Of a DNA stretch of 64,000 nt, positions 8,435 through 18,600 are shown piece after piece; position 1 is the first letter of the stretch, and each line of letters opens with the position of its first letter. The stretch is taken from positions 32,001 to 96,000 of IMG/VR virus record IMGVR_UViG_3300032770_000003; one strand, given 5' to 3'. Under the pieces are notes generated by a model, which worked only from the letters and a program-made list of their open reading frames with translations, made no database searches and was not told the origin of the DNA. The DNA is from a virus. The translations under genes and the position numbers were made by a program.

Positions 8435-9156
8435 GGCTGCTGCGGGTCACTCGATGTGATCGGTACCGGTACACCAACTTTGGTGTGCGTGGCCACGGGT
8501 GGATCTTCCTCTCCCAGGGTCGGCGCGATGTTGTATGCCATCGGAGCGCCCACATTCTTGTTGTCCAGGGCCATGAAATCCATGGTGGCCGTTGCGTTCG
8601 CCATAAACATGTGCTGAATGCCGCTCGAACTCGGTGTGTAGTGAGAGGCGACCTGGATACCGATCTTGGACGCCTCGATCGCAGCGTTGACATCAGCACC
8701 CAGATAGACGAACTGCCAAGCGTATTTTTCGCGCTGGTGCTTGATCATCTCTGAGATTCGAGCTGCACCGTTGAGATGGATGCTGAATTCCTTCGAGGCG
8801 TTCTCCATACCATCGGTGATGATCAGGAAGAGCACCTTCTCGGGGCGATCCCACTCAGCCATCCGGGCGAGTCGTTCGCCCACGCTGTTTATCGTTCTCG
8901 CCACAGCATCGTAGAGTGCAGTCATGTCACGAGGGACCAGGCGCAGCGGAGGCACGTGATGGACGTCGAGCCCTTCGTAGACCGGATTGTACTCACTGTC
9001 GAACTGATAGAGGGACACACGACAGATGACCCCCTTCACCTCCCGCTGCTTGGCCATGAAGGCGTTGAATCCCCCCTCCATGTCTCGCGCAATTGGCTCC
9101 ATGGAGCCGGAGCGATCGAGTAGCACTACGATTTCCGTGTAGCCTGGTCTGGTCAT
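8431..9156 (-). CDS. von Willebrand factor A domain protein
   Basis: MIDAS motif LLDRSGSM, TALYDAV, IITDGMENAS, WQFVYLGA. Confidence 0.9.
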   Translation of the reverse strand: MTRPGYTEIVVLLDRSGSMEPIARDMEGGFNAFMAKQREVKGVICRVSLYQFDSEYNPVYEGLDVHHVPPLRLVPRDMTALYDAVARTINSVGERLARMAEWDRPEKVLFLIITDGMENASKEFSIHLNGAARISEMIKHQREKYAWQFVYLGADVNAAIEASKIGIQVASHYTPSSSGIQHMFMANATATMDFMALDNKNVGAPMAYNIAPTLGEEDPPVATHTKVGVPVPITSSDPQQP

Positions 9157-9168
9157 GGTTCCTCCTTT

Positions 9169-9672
9169 TCAGTCGAGCTTGCCCTTGAGATCAATCTGCT
9201 CCGCGACCTGTTCGGCGGCTTCCTGAACATCCTTTTGCGTCGCCGACGTGATGATGGCTGGCGCATCGTCTGGCTGGCCCATCGTCACCAGCAGCCGCTT
9301 CAGCGCCTCATCAGGCTTGCGACAGTTGTACATCTTGAGGACGCTGAGCATCTTGCCAACCTGAGCCCGCGAGAGAGGAGGACCGATAGCTCGCGGGTTC
9401 TCATAGACGGCAGTTTCGATGGACTGGGTTTTCTCGTCGATCCGATCCTGGATCACGTAGTTCATCTCGACGAACTTCAGAAAGCGCTCACACCGACAGA
9501 GCTGGATGAAGATAGCGAGCCAGCGGTTCTTCTTGGCGGCATTCGCTGCAGCCAAGATCTCCTCCGGAGTCATCGGAGTGGCCATCTCACCACCCGGTGA
9601 CAAGCGTTGCTTGAACTCTTCCGAAGCGCGCTCAGGAGCAGGAGCCTCTTCGGCGGCTTTCTCGTCAGACAT
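9169..9672 (-). CDS. hypothetical protein
   Basis: 167-aa ORF, GAGGA RBS, GC3-rich codons. Confidence 0.75.
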   Translation of the reverse strand: MSDEKAAEEAPAPERASEEFKQRLSPGGEMATPMTPEEILAAANAAKKNRWLAIFIQLCRCERFLKFVEMNYVIQDRIDEKTQSIETAVYENPRAIGPPLSRAQVGKMLSVLKMYNCRKPDEALKRLLVTMGQPDDAPAIITSATQKDVQEAAEQVAEQIDLKGKLD

Positions 9673-9699
9673 GCATTCCTCTCAGTGTGAAGTGAAAAG

Positions 9700-9849
9700 G
9701 TAGGCGCCTCGCTGACTGTCCAGGGGTTTGGAAACCCTCGCCGGAGTTCGCAACGCGAACCCACTGCCTACCACGAAGGCGCTGGTCCAAAACTGAGCGA
9801 ACCATCATCGGCCCACTCACCAGCGCAGCCTGATCAACGAAGCGCCTAC
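9700..9849 (-). ncRNA. putative structured RNA (multibranch, 16-bp closing stem, followed by U-rich run)
   Basis: GTAGGCGCTTCGTTGA pairs with TCAGCGAGGCGCCTAC; internal stems GCGCTGGT/ACCAGCGC, GAGTGGGCC/GGTTCGCTC, GGGTTCGC/GCGAACTC, GGGTTT/AAACCC; wobbles are G-U only on the minus strand. Confidence 0.65.
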
Positions 9850-11774
9850 ACCACAACAGATACACCATTTTGCTTTCGGATCGTGAGTTGATTTTGGAAC
9901 TGACTCTGCAGGTGCCCACTGTGTGTGATACACAGGATGGTCTCGTAGCGATCGATCTCCTTGTGAAGAAGTCGCACGACCGCGTCCTCACCAGTTTCGT
10001 CGAGGTTGACGAACGGCTCATCGAGCCCCTTGAACCGAATCGGCTTGCGCGCCCGCTGGGCGGCCAGGTCACCCAGTGCCCAGCCGACCGCTAGATCCAC
10101 CCGGCGTTTCTCACCATCAGAGTTTCCCTGGTAGACATCGGCGCCGAAGCGGTTGTAGGCCGAGACCTGAAACTGCTCTCTGGTGGCTCCGGTCTTGAGC
10201 TGTGTCTGCGTGTTGAACTGTATCTTGATATCTCCTCCTGAGAGGATGTCAGCATAGTACTGAGCCCGGCTCGTCAGGAAGGGCAACACGCCGTCGAGCA
10301 CGTAGCTCTTGAGCCCCTGGTTCGAGAACGCCTGGGTCCAGTAGTTGAGGTGCTTGAGGTGGGTCTCGACGATGTGGATGCGGAACTCCAAGTTCCTCAG
10401 CGTGCGGTGATGCTTCTCCAGCTGGAGGGCCGCCTCGTCAATCAAGGGCTGGAAGGGGTTGACGGCGCCGCTGAGCGCAGCGATCTCCTCGTCGAACGAC
10501 AAGATTTGCTGCTCTAGGTCACAAACCGTTTTCAGTTCTGTGTCACGCTTCTGGATCGCCTCTGATGTCCCCTGCAGGACACCCCTCAGCTCCGTCAGTC
10601 GCTGGACGACCGCAGCGCGCTCATTCGCGAAGGCGGCCAGCTGCTTCGTCTCCGCGGCGCGCACCCGCCCACGGATGCGAGCGAAGTCCTTGACCTTGTC
10701 TTCGAGAACCTGGGCCTCCTCAGCCCACTGTTTCATGCCCGCCTCAGCCGCATCAGGCAGCAAGGTCTGCTTGCAGGTGGGGCACGGCTTGCCGACGAAC
10801 TGATCGATCGTCTGCAGGTCGGTCGAAATCTGACGCAGTCTGCCTATGACGATGCCCTCTTCGCGGGCCAGCTCGGTCAGCTTGGCTCCTGACTGCTGGG
10901 TGATCGCCACAACGCGCTCCTGGAGCGTCGCCAACGTCTGTTCGAGCTGCGCCACGCTCTCCGCCTGGTCCTCTCGCTGCGTCAGCAAGACATGTAGACC
11001 AGTGTGCGCGTAGACCTCTTCCAGCCTGACTTCTTGCTCCAACCGCCGCCGTACGAGTTCTTTTCGGCGCTCCTCCACCAGGGCGCTGTGCTGGTCACGC
11101 TGTTCGGTGAGCTTGCTGATCTGGATCGCGAGGTCACGACTCTGTTGGGTGACCTGTTGTTGGTTGCTCCGGAGCCCCACCATCTCTTGCTGCAGCCGGA
11201 TAATTCGCTCCTTGGTCTTGGCCTGAGCCGCGGAGAGCATCTCAGTCTGCAGGATGTTCTCCAACACCTGCTTTTGCTCCTTGTCCGTCATGGCGGAAAA
11301 CGAAACTGCCCCCGCGTGCAACATCACGCTCTGTGTGAAGGTGCTGAAGTCCATTCCCACAATGGTCTGAATCTGCTCCTGGGTATCGGCGTTTGTGCCG
11401 CCCGAGATCTCCAGCTCCCCGCGGTCGCAGACACTGAAGAGACGGACGTCGTTTGGCTTCTTCGCTCCCAGCGTCTTGCGCGTACGAACGATCAGATACT
11501 CACGCTCATCGTCCTGGAGACGCAGAGCCACCGCGCAGTCCTTTCCCACGACACGATTGACGACCTCATCACCTCGGTAGCCGCGCATGGTCTCACCGTA
11601 GAGCGCCCAAACGATCGCCTCCAAGACCGCTGACTTCCCAGCGCCGTTGGCATCGGCTCCTTGGCTATCGAAGTTCTCGCCGAAGACGGCAACCAATCCT
11701 CGCTGATCAAGACTGATCTCTTGCGCCGCCCCGAAGCTGATGAAGTTGGTGATTCGTACGTTGAGGAACTTCAC
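9846..11774 (-). CDS. sbcC: SbcC/Rad50/gp46-like recombination nuclease ATPase subunit
   Basis: Walker A NGAGKS, coiled coil, zinc hook CPTC, signature NSDGEKRR, Walker B LDEPF.NLD, ITH. Confidence 0.93.
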   Translation of the reverse strand: MKFLNVRITNFISFGAAQEISLDQRGLVAVFGENFDSQGADANGAGKSAVLEAIVWALYGETMRGYRGDEVVNRVVGKDCAVALRLQDDEREYLIVRTRKTLGAKKPNDVRLFSVCDRGELEISGGTNADTQEQIQTIVGMDFSTFTQSVMLHAGAVSFSAMTDKEQKQVLENILQTEMLSAAQAKTKERIIRLQQEMVGLRSNQQQVTQQSRDLAIQISKLTEQRDQHSALVEERRKELVRRRLEQEVRLEEVYAHTGLHVLLTQREDQAESVAQLEQTLATLQERVVAITQQSGAKLTELAREEGIVIGRLRQISTDLQTIDQFVGKPCPTCKQTLLPDAAEAGMKQWAEEAQVLEDKVKDFARIRGRVRAAETKQLAAFANERAAVVQRLTELRGVLQGTSEAIQKRDTELKTVCDLEQQILSFDEEIAALSGAVNPFQPLIDEAALQLEKHHRTLRNLEFRIHIVETHLKHLNYWTQAFSNQGLKSYVLDGVLPFLTSRAQYYADILSGGDIKIQFNTQTQLKTGATREQFQVSAYNRFGADVYQGNSDGEKRRVDLAVGWALGDLAAQRARKPIRFKGLDEPFVNLDETGEDAVVRLLHKEIDRYETILCITHSGHLQSQFQNQLTIRKQNGVSVVV

Positions 11775-12835
11775 GTGTCCTCCACTTCCTGGAGAATCTC
11801 CAGAGCCAGCTGAACCAGATAGTCACTGTCCAGCCCCTCCACCGGCTGCACCCCCGAACCAACCCAGCGCTGAATCATGTCTCGATAGGACATCCCATGC
11901 TCGATCGCTACGCGCACGCCATTCGTGTGCGGGACATCAGCGACGACAACCTCCAGCGAACGAGCGCCATAGGCCCGCCGTGCCAGCTCTGCCTCATCCT
12001 CGGAATAGGCCCGCGACGCGGTCATGCGAACATAGCAATCCTCGACGTCGACTTGCTCGTTCTCCACGATGTGCACGAAGCGCGGGGCCCGTAACAGAAC
12101 GCGCTCGTGCGCCTTGGTCTCGGTGTCGTAGATCAGAAACCCCCGCGGATCACCACTGTCGCCCCAGGTATGCTGCAGCGGAGCCCCGATATAGTGGAAG
12201 TTGTGACCCACCGGTTGGTACGTGTGGAAGTGCCCCAAGAAACCCGCGTCGAAGCCAGCCGGATTGAGATCTGCGACCACAGCATCATGCGGGTTGGCGT
12301 AGACGAAATCGGCACCGACCTTCGCCCCCTGCAGACCAAGGTGGCCTAGGAAGATCCTGGGACCGGGAGCAGGCGCTGGCTCCTTCACCAGGTCCCGCAG
12401 ATGGGCGAGGTTCTCGGTATAGGGCACAGCCATGAGGTTGATCAGCTGCTGAGAGTGCCCCGCGACCATCACCCATCCCGGCTGATCGACGACCGTACAG
12501 ATGGTGCGAAGGGTGTGGATGCTGTAGACCGATCCTTCACGATCCGCCTGGTCATGGTTGCCGTGGATCAGCACCGTCGGGACTTTCCGTAGCGAGAATC
12601 CAGAGAGCACCTCATAGATCGCGTTGAACGCTTGCACGGCCAAGCGCCCACGCGTGTGAAACAGATCACCGCCAAAGAGGACAAGGTCAATCTCAGGGTG
12701 AATGGCCACGTAGTCGATGATCTGTTTCACACAGTTCACGGCATCCACCAGCCGACTGTTCATCCCATTCGGCAGAATGGTGGCGTAGGGACGAAACAGG
12801 TGCGCGTGAAGATCCGAGAAGATCAGGATTCTCAC
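11771..12835 (-). CDS. sbcD: SbcD/Mre11/gp47-like metallophosphoesterase nuclease
   Basis: SDLH, GGDLFH, GNHD, GHFH, YIGAP motifs. Confidence 0.93.
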   Translation of the reverse strand: MRILIFSDLHAHLFRPYATILPNGMNSRLVDAVNCVKQIIDYVAIHPEIDLVLFGGDLFHTRGRLAVQAFNAIYEVLSGFSLRKVPTVLIHGNHDQADREGSVYSIHTLRTICTVVDQPGWVMVAGHSQQLINLMAVPYTENLAHLRDLVKEPAPAPGPRIFLGHLGLQGAKVGADFVYANPHDAVVADLNPAGFDAGFLGHFHTYQPVGHNFHYIGAPLQHTWGDSGDPRGFLIYDTETKAHERVLLRAPRFVHIVENEQVDVEDCYVRMTASRAYSEDEAELARRAYGARSLEVVVADVPHTNGVRVAIEHGMSYRDMIQRWVGSGVQPVEGLDSDYLVQLALEILQEVEDT

Positions 12836-13950
12836 AGCACCTCTTGGACCGTCGTGACGAGATCACTGTACTCAGGATGGTCCACCACTTTGTCGATGAA
12901 GCCAGCGTAGCCCTGGAACTTCACCTCCTTGCCCCCAGACGGAGGTATCCACTCCGACCACGACCCGCTTTTCTTGATGAAGCCGAGGCGGGCGGCCACC
13001 TCCCAGACGGTGTAGTCGTTGACGAACCCTCGATGGGCCATGACCACCCCCTCACACTCCTTGAGGATCCCAGCCATCGAGTTTTTCAGAGCCTTGACCC
13101 GGATACGTTGGCCAACGATTGATTCCTGGCCAGTAGCCGCATCAGCCTCCTTGATGGCTCCGCAGCTCGTCAGTTGCAAGCGGACGGTCGCGAAGTACTT
13201 TGGCTTGTTCCCGCCGGTGGTCTCGCGCGCCGGACCCCACACCGATCCAATCGCGGTGTACTCGTGGTTGGTGTAGATATAGCAAGCACGCGTCTTACTG
13301 ATCACGCCGTTGATCAGGCGCATGCCGTCCGAGATCACCTTCGCCTGTTGCATCCCGAACTTCTGCGCCTGAGTCATCGGGTCCTCTTTGGCGTCTGGGT
13401 CGACCATGTCGATACCAGACGTTGCCCCCAAGGAGTCCCAAATCAGCAGGATGTAGCGGTCCGGTGCTTGGTCGCGAGCGAACTGCAAAGCTCGGTACTG
13501 CTTGTTGAAGACGTCACGCAAGCCGTTCGACTTGATCCGAATGATCCGCTTAACGTCGACGCCCAACTTCACCCAATAGGCGTGGTCGATCCGCTCCTCA
13601 GTATCGGTCACAACGACCACGCCACCCTTGCTCTGCACCTCTGCCGCGATCTGCGCACAGAGCGTGGTCTTCCCCGAAGACGGGGGACCGGAGATCTCCA
13701 CCTGGCGACCAAACGGAACCAGTGATGATCCTAGCGGCCGTCCGCCCCGCAAGACCGCATCCACCACCAGGCTCCGACTCGATACCCAGTGATCCACCCT
13801 GGATAGGGTGTCCTGGGAGTCGAGGCGCATGGACGCATCATCGCCATACGCCTCGTTCAAATCGCCCTGCAGCTTACTCAGTACATCATCAACATCGTCC
13901 TTCGGCTTTGGGTCCTCTTGCGTTTTGGCAGCTGCTGGTCTGGCACTCAC
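12832..13950 (-). CDS. recA: RecA/UvsX-like recombinase
   Basis: EISGPPSSGKTT, DTEE, IWDSLGA, TTGG..PKYFATVRL, KKSGSW. Confidence 0.92.
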   Translation of the reverse strand: MSARPAAAKTQEDPKPKDDVDDVLSKLQGDLNEAYGDDASMRLDSQDTLSRVDHWVSSRSLVVDAVLRGGRPLGSSLVPFGRQVEISGPPSSGKTTLCAQIAAEVQSKGGVVVVTDTEERIDHAYWVKLGVDVKRIIRIKSNGLRDVFNKQYRALQFARDQAPDRYILLIWDSLGATSGIDMVDPDAKEDPMTQAQKFGMQQAKVISDGMRLINGVISKTRACYIYTNHEYTAIGSVWGPARETTGGNKPKYFATVRLQLTSCGAIKEADAATGQESIVGQRIRVKALKNSMAGILKECEGVVMAHRGFVNDYTVWEVAARLGFIKKSGSWSEWIPPSGGKEVKFQGYAGFIDKVVDHPEYSDLVTTVQEVL

Positions 13951-15131
13951 GTGTTAAGCGCCGAGCGCATTTGCGCTTCCAAGAGGTCCGCTTCTGCGTT
14001 GTCTGGCGTGCTGGCCGCTGCGGGGGCCGGAGGTGCCGCTGACGCTGGTGGTCTTCCCCGTCGACGGGCAGGCGTTGGTGCAACCAACTTGCCGGCGAAC
14101 TCGCCGCACTCCTGGAAGAAGGGGCACTTCTCGAACTTCTCGATGGTATCGGTTTCTGGATCTTTCTGCTCTCCTCCCGCGCACTGAGCATCCGCCTGAT
14201 CGAACGTCGTCTTGTCCTTGAAGCAAGGGGGAGGTGGCTCCGCTGGCGCAGGAGCAGGGGCCGCAGCCTTCGGCGCAGCCTTGGGCGCATAGTTCAAGCC
14301 GGCGGCGGCTGGTGCAGGTGCGGGGGGCGGCAACGATACGGGCGCAGGGGACGCCGCTGGGGGAGGCAGTGCAGGCGGCCTAGCAGCAGCCGGCATTGCG
14401 GGAGCCGGAGCGGCTTGGGGACTCAGAGCTGCCAGCATGTCCTCGATCGGCTTCGGGGGCAGGATCTTGTCGAGGTCGATGAGGATCTCCGACAGCGACT
14501 TGCGCCCTGTGATGTGCATCGGCCGCGCAGGTGGCGCAGGGATGATCGTGTACTTGGTATTCATCTTCTGCCCCACCTTGGTGAGCAGCAGATCGTAACC
14601 ATGCTCGATATCCGTGATGTCCTGTTGGAGCTGCGCGAAGATGTTCATCAGCTGGGTGTAGATCATGGCGCCGTAGCCGAAGACTTGGACCTTGGTCTGA
14701 CCCACTTCGAAGGGGCACGCATCAGTACCACCTGACTGTTGCTTGGCGGCTTGCCATTCCTCGACGTCCTTGCCTGTGTAGACAGGGTCGTTCAGGTCGA
14801 CGATGTTCGACAGGTACCGTTTCTTGGCGGCCATCTCGTTGGCCTTCTCAGCATCAGCCGGATCACCTGTGGCACGGAGCTTTTGCACGTACTCACAGAT
14901 TGGGCACCCAGCTCCCGGACAGGTGAACATGAGACCGTCAGGGCCCACGCTCCAGTGGGTCATCGTCGCGCGCTCGAAGGAGCGCACACCCTCAGCCCAC
15001 GGAGGCATGAGGCGCAACTTCGACTTGCCAGCTTCGGGGTTCCAGAATCTGAAGCCCCCTACACCACGCGCAGCAGCCGCTGCTTCCAGCTCTTGCTGCT
15101 TCTGATTGATGTAATTGAGATCAACACCCAT
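13947..15131 (-). CDS. gp32-like single-stranded DNA-binding protein with Pro/Ala linker and C-terminal Cys cluster
   Basis: FW.P..GK..LRLMPP, TCP...CPICE, GYDL.LTK.G...NTKY; located between the UvsY-like and RecA genes. Confidence 0.8.
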   Translation of the reverse strand: MGVDLNYINQKQQELEAAAAARGVGGFRFWNPEAGKSKLRLMPPWAEGVRSFERATMTHWSVGPDGLMFTCPGAGCPICEYVQKLRATGDPADAEKANEMAAKKRYLSNIVDLNDPVYTGKDVEEWQAAKQQSGGTDACPFEVGQTKVQVFGYGAMIYTQLMNIFAQLQQDITDIEHGYDLLLTKVGQKMNTKYTIIPAPPARPMHITGRKSLSEILIDLDKILPPKPIEDMLAALSPQAAPAPAMPAAARPPALPPPAASPAPVSLPPPAPAPAAAGLNYAPKAAPKAAAPAPAPAEPPPPCFKDKTTFDQADAQCAGGEQKDPETDTIEKFEKCPFFQECGEFAGKLVAPTPARRRGRPPASAAPPAPAAASTPDNAEADLLEAQMRSALNT

Positions 15132-15149
15132 GGATAATCTTCTCCTTTG

Positions 15150-15683
15150 TCATCGGACGGGTTTACGACGAAGAGCCTTGTTGTTGTCTGTAATCAGTCC
15201 TTCCACCACAGGCGCCTGCTGCTCCACCACTCTGGTGGGCGCCTGGCTCTGCCGGAACATGCCTCCGAGCTGGACCAGCATGTCGCGACGCTGGGCCATG
15301 GCTCGTGCGGCCTCGCTGAGCTGACCAGCAAGGAGGTTGGCCTCAATCTCCTCCTTCTGAGCCTCTACGTAGCGAGGATCGGTGATGACCTCAGACTCAT
15401 ACATCTTCTCTGTGTACTTGACGGTTGCTTTCACATCGGCCGGGAGCTTCATAACAGCGCCGCGCTTCTCTGCATCAATGCGCGCATACACCTGCTTGAC
15501 CTCGTTCTTCTTGAATGCCGCTTTGGCTTCCGCAACCTGAGCGAGGAACGCGTAGTAGTAATACTTCTCTGCGTGCGTCGCGAACTCTTCCTCCAGGTTC
15601 GTCCGATCGATGGAGATGTCCTGGGCAAAGGTGTTCTCGTAAACGATCCCGTCGATCTTGATCTCGATGTTGGGTAGCTGCAC
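15150..15683 (-). CDS. UvsY-like recombination mediator
   Basis: Helical protein with K.TEK..ESEV..DPRY...A...RRDMLVQL pattern; context next to SSB and RecA. Confidence 0.65.
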   Translation of the reverse strand: MQLPNIEIKIDGIVYENTFAQDISIDRTNLEEEFATHAEKYYYYAFLAQVAEAKAAFKKNEVKQVYARIDAEKRGAVMKLPADVKATVKYTEKMYESEVITDPRYVEAQKEEIEANLLAGQLSEAARAMAQRRDMLVQLGGMFRQSQAPTRVVEQQAPVVEGLITDNNKALRRKPVR

Positions 15684-15696
15684 TGACTCCCTCCTC

Positions 15697-18600
15697 TCAA
15701 AGTTTCAGTTCCTGTTTGGCAGCCCAGTCACGTCGTGAGAAACCGAAATCCACAACGATGGGCACCCGGAATTGGAAATCCTCCATAGCCTTCTTCACCT
15801 CACCGAGCAACGGCAATTCCTTCTTGTGCCAATAGAACTGGATCTCGTCGTGAACGAAGTTGACGATTCGGGTGCGGGCGTTGTGCGCCTTCAGGATTCG
15901 GTTGACACGTACGATGGCCGTCTTGAAGGTGTCAGCAGCGTCACCCTGAATCAGGAAGTTCCCGCCCTGGCGAGCCGCACGAGCGCGCTCCCACTTCTTG
16001 TTGGAGTGGATGTTGGGCAGTCGGCGAAACCGCCCAAAGCTGTTCTGAATGTAGCCCTGCCGACGAAGCATCAACTCGGTGTGATCAACCCAAGCCTTCA
16101 CGCCGCGGTAGCGCTGGAAGTACCCCTTGATGTACTCGGCGCACGCCTCACGGCTCACGCGACGCTTGGGCGTGGACACCTGACGCTGGATAGCTCCCGG
16201 TCCCGCTCCGTAGATGATGCCGAAGTTGACCCGCTTGGCGATGTTCCTGAACCACTTGATGTCATGGTTCTCGGGGTGGTTCTTGTCCTTCAGGATGGCC
16301 AAGACCTCAGGCAACGGTCGCTGCAACACCACGTCCGCACAAGTGAGGCTGTGGATGTCCAGCTCATGCCCAGCCCACCCGGGTGCTGTCGGTGAATAGG
16401 CAGCTAGCAGTGTGGGGTCTTGAGACCAATGCGCTGTCAGGCGCAACTCAACTTGACTATAATCAGCAAAGACGAAGACGTAATCGTCGTCAGGAACAAT
16501 AAATGACCGTCGAATTTCGAGGTTTTTACCAGGAATGTTTTGACACTGACCAGTGACACAGACACGACCATTGTGTCTGGTCAGAATAACTTTTGACGGG
16601 ACACTGAGACAATAAACGAATCCATCATGAGCTATCCGTGTAATGACAGCATTGTCTGTGTAACTGTAGTTCCGTGCAGTTGAATCAACAACGTAGCAAA
16701 CAGTGTCTCGCGGTGTTTTGTATTCACGGATCTTGGCGCGATAACCAGACAAACAAAGCACGATCTGCGCCCAATCCACGTTTCGACGATGCATAGACGC
16801 GTACTGTGATCTCGTCCGCCAACAACCATCCCAGAAAAACAGCTCTTGACACCACAAGTCTAACGTCGGTCTATCACAACTCAGAAGCCACGATCCAAGC
16901 TGTTTAGCGTCCCCCAAGTACGAACGAACCCACTCCACACACTCACCTGCAGGGACCCTAATCCGAACGCGGCCAGAGAGGGATATGCGCTTGCTGTATG
17001 AGAAACCTAAGCCCTGTAAAGCCCACTCCAACCGATCAATCTTACGATGCTTTTTGAAACTAAAATCAAGAGTTCGATCGGCATAAGAACCGTCCGCCTG
17101 TGTCGCTGCCAATAGAACAACTTCTTGCTCTGACATTCGCAGCGAACCACCTGCGTATATGCCAGCATGCAGTTGCTTATGGTGTGTCCCATTAGATGGG
17201 TATTCACTAGCAGAACAAAAACCACCAAGTCCATCACGGTTTACCAAGAAGCAACGATGATCTGGTGTCATAAGCAAATCTATTTGCTGATTCTGTACGT
17301 GTACCAGCTCCTCCTTGCGGTAATGCTTGATGTATTCAGTAGGCATGACGAACTCGACAGCGTTGTCACGCCACTGAGCCACAGGTACTCCTCTAGGCAA
17401 ATCATCGAGTCGTCGCCAACCATCTGGTGTAAGCACCTCAGTGTCCCCTGTGAAGCAGTTGGGGTCCCTCGAACTCATGCGGCCGGTGTCGACGTTGGCG
17501 TTGAACGTACTGTGGAGGTAGTGGTGCTCATCGACCAACAAGCGGATCTTGCGTACGTAGGTGTTGAGGAGTTTCTGCTTCTCACGGAAGCTCAAAACCT
17601 TGTTGGCGAACTCGTAGGTCGCGGCCAGCTCCTCCAAGACCTCCTTGTCAACCGAGAACTGAGCCGCCGTCGGCTCACCCCCCTCGCGTGCCACCTCTTG
17701 ACCCTTCTTGGTCAGCTTGTTCAGGGGGCAGCCAGCCTTGCGCAAGGCTGCTAGCAACTCCTCATTCGACTCGATATTGAACCTGTAGCCAATGTCTCGA
17801 TAGACGTCAGCCTCAGCCTCCTCCATCGCCTTGATGAACTCGGGCTCGATCCTGTCGAGGTGAGCAATGTCGATCTTGACTCCGTGCTGCTCGACCTCAT
17901 ACAGCACCTGTGACAGGTGCATCTCGTTGATGTACAGAGACCGGAGCGCGTCGTGTTTCGCTACGTCAGGGAAGAGTTGCTTCCAGATCATCCAGGTGTA
18001 GTGCACGTCCGCGCACGCGTAGGGAGCGAGGATCGACAGCGGCACCTTGTCGTAGGTGATGTCCCCTTTTTTCGCGTTGGCGTAAGGGTGGGTTTCGAGC
18101 CCCGCCTTGACCCTCTTCTTCAGGAAGTTGGTGACCTGCGCCTTGGTCATCCCTGAGTAGCGCCATAGCGGATTCTGCGCGGTGACCTCGTTCTCCAGAT
18201 CCACACGTCGCGCAGTCAAAGTGTCAGTGATCAGTTTCGAGAACTCACGCCGTCGCCGCTTGGACTCGTCCACACGCCAGCTATCGACGCTCTTTTCCCA
18301 CACATCAGCAGTCTTCCCAATCAGGAGACGTGCAACCTCCTTGAGCCCCTTGTCCGAATTCTCATCCAGGAGGTGAACAAGAATGACCCCGTCGTGGCTG
18401 GGTCCCTTCAGGGTCATCCCGCAGCGATCGAGAAAGTGCTGATCGAAGACCTTGTTCCAGAAGAGCTTGGTGACGTCTGGATTCTCGATCACCTTCCGCA
18501 GCGGTTCGCGGATGTCATCCAGATTCAACTGCGGGTCAGTTGTCTCATGACCGATCGGCAAGTAGTAGTTGTTCTCAAGCCCCCAACCAAAAACGAGCCC

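Noticed and set aside
9720-9745. tRNA-Trp/Gly-like anticodon arm within the structured element
   Set aside because: Stem mismatched for a 7-nt loop and no T-arm present.
9665-10072. 135-aa ORF overlapping the sbcC end, or TAG read-through of sbcC
   Set aside because: Out-of-frame overlap with poor codon usage; read-through hits TGA after three codons; the region is better explained as RNA structure.
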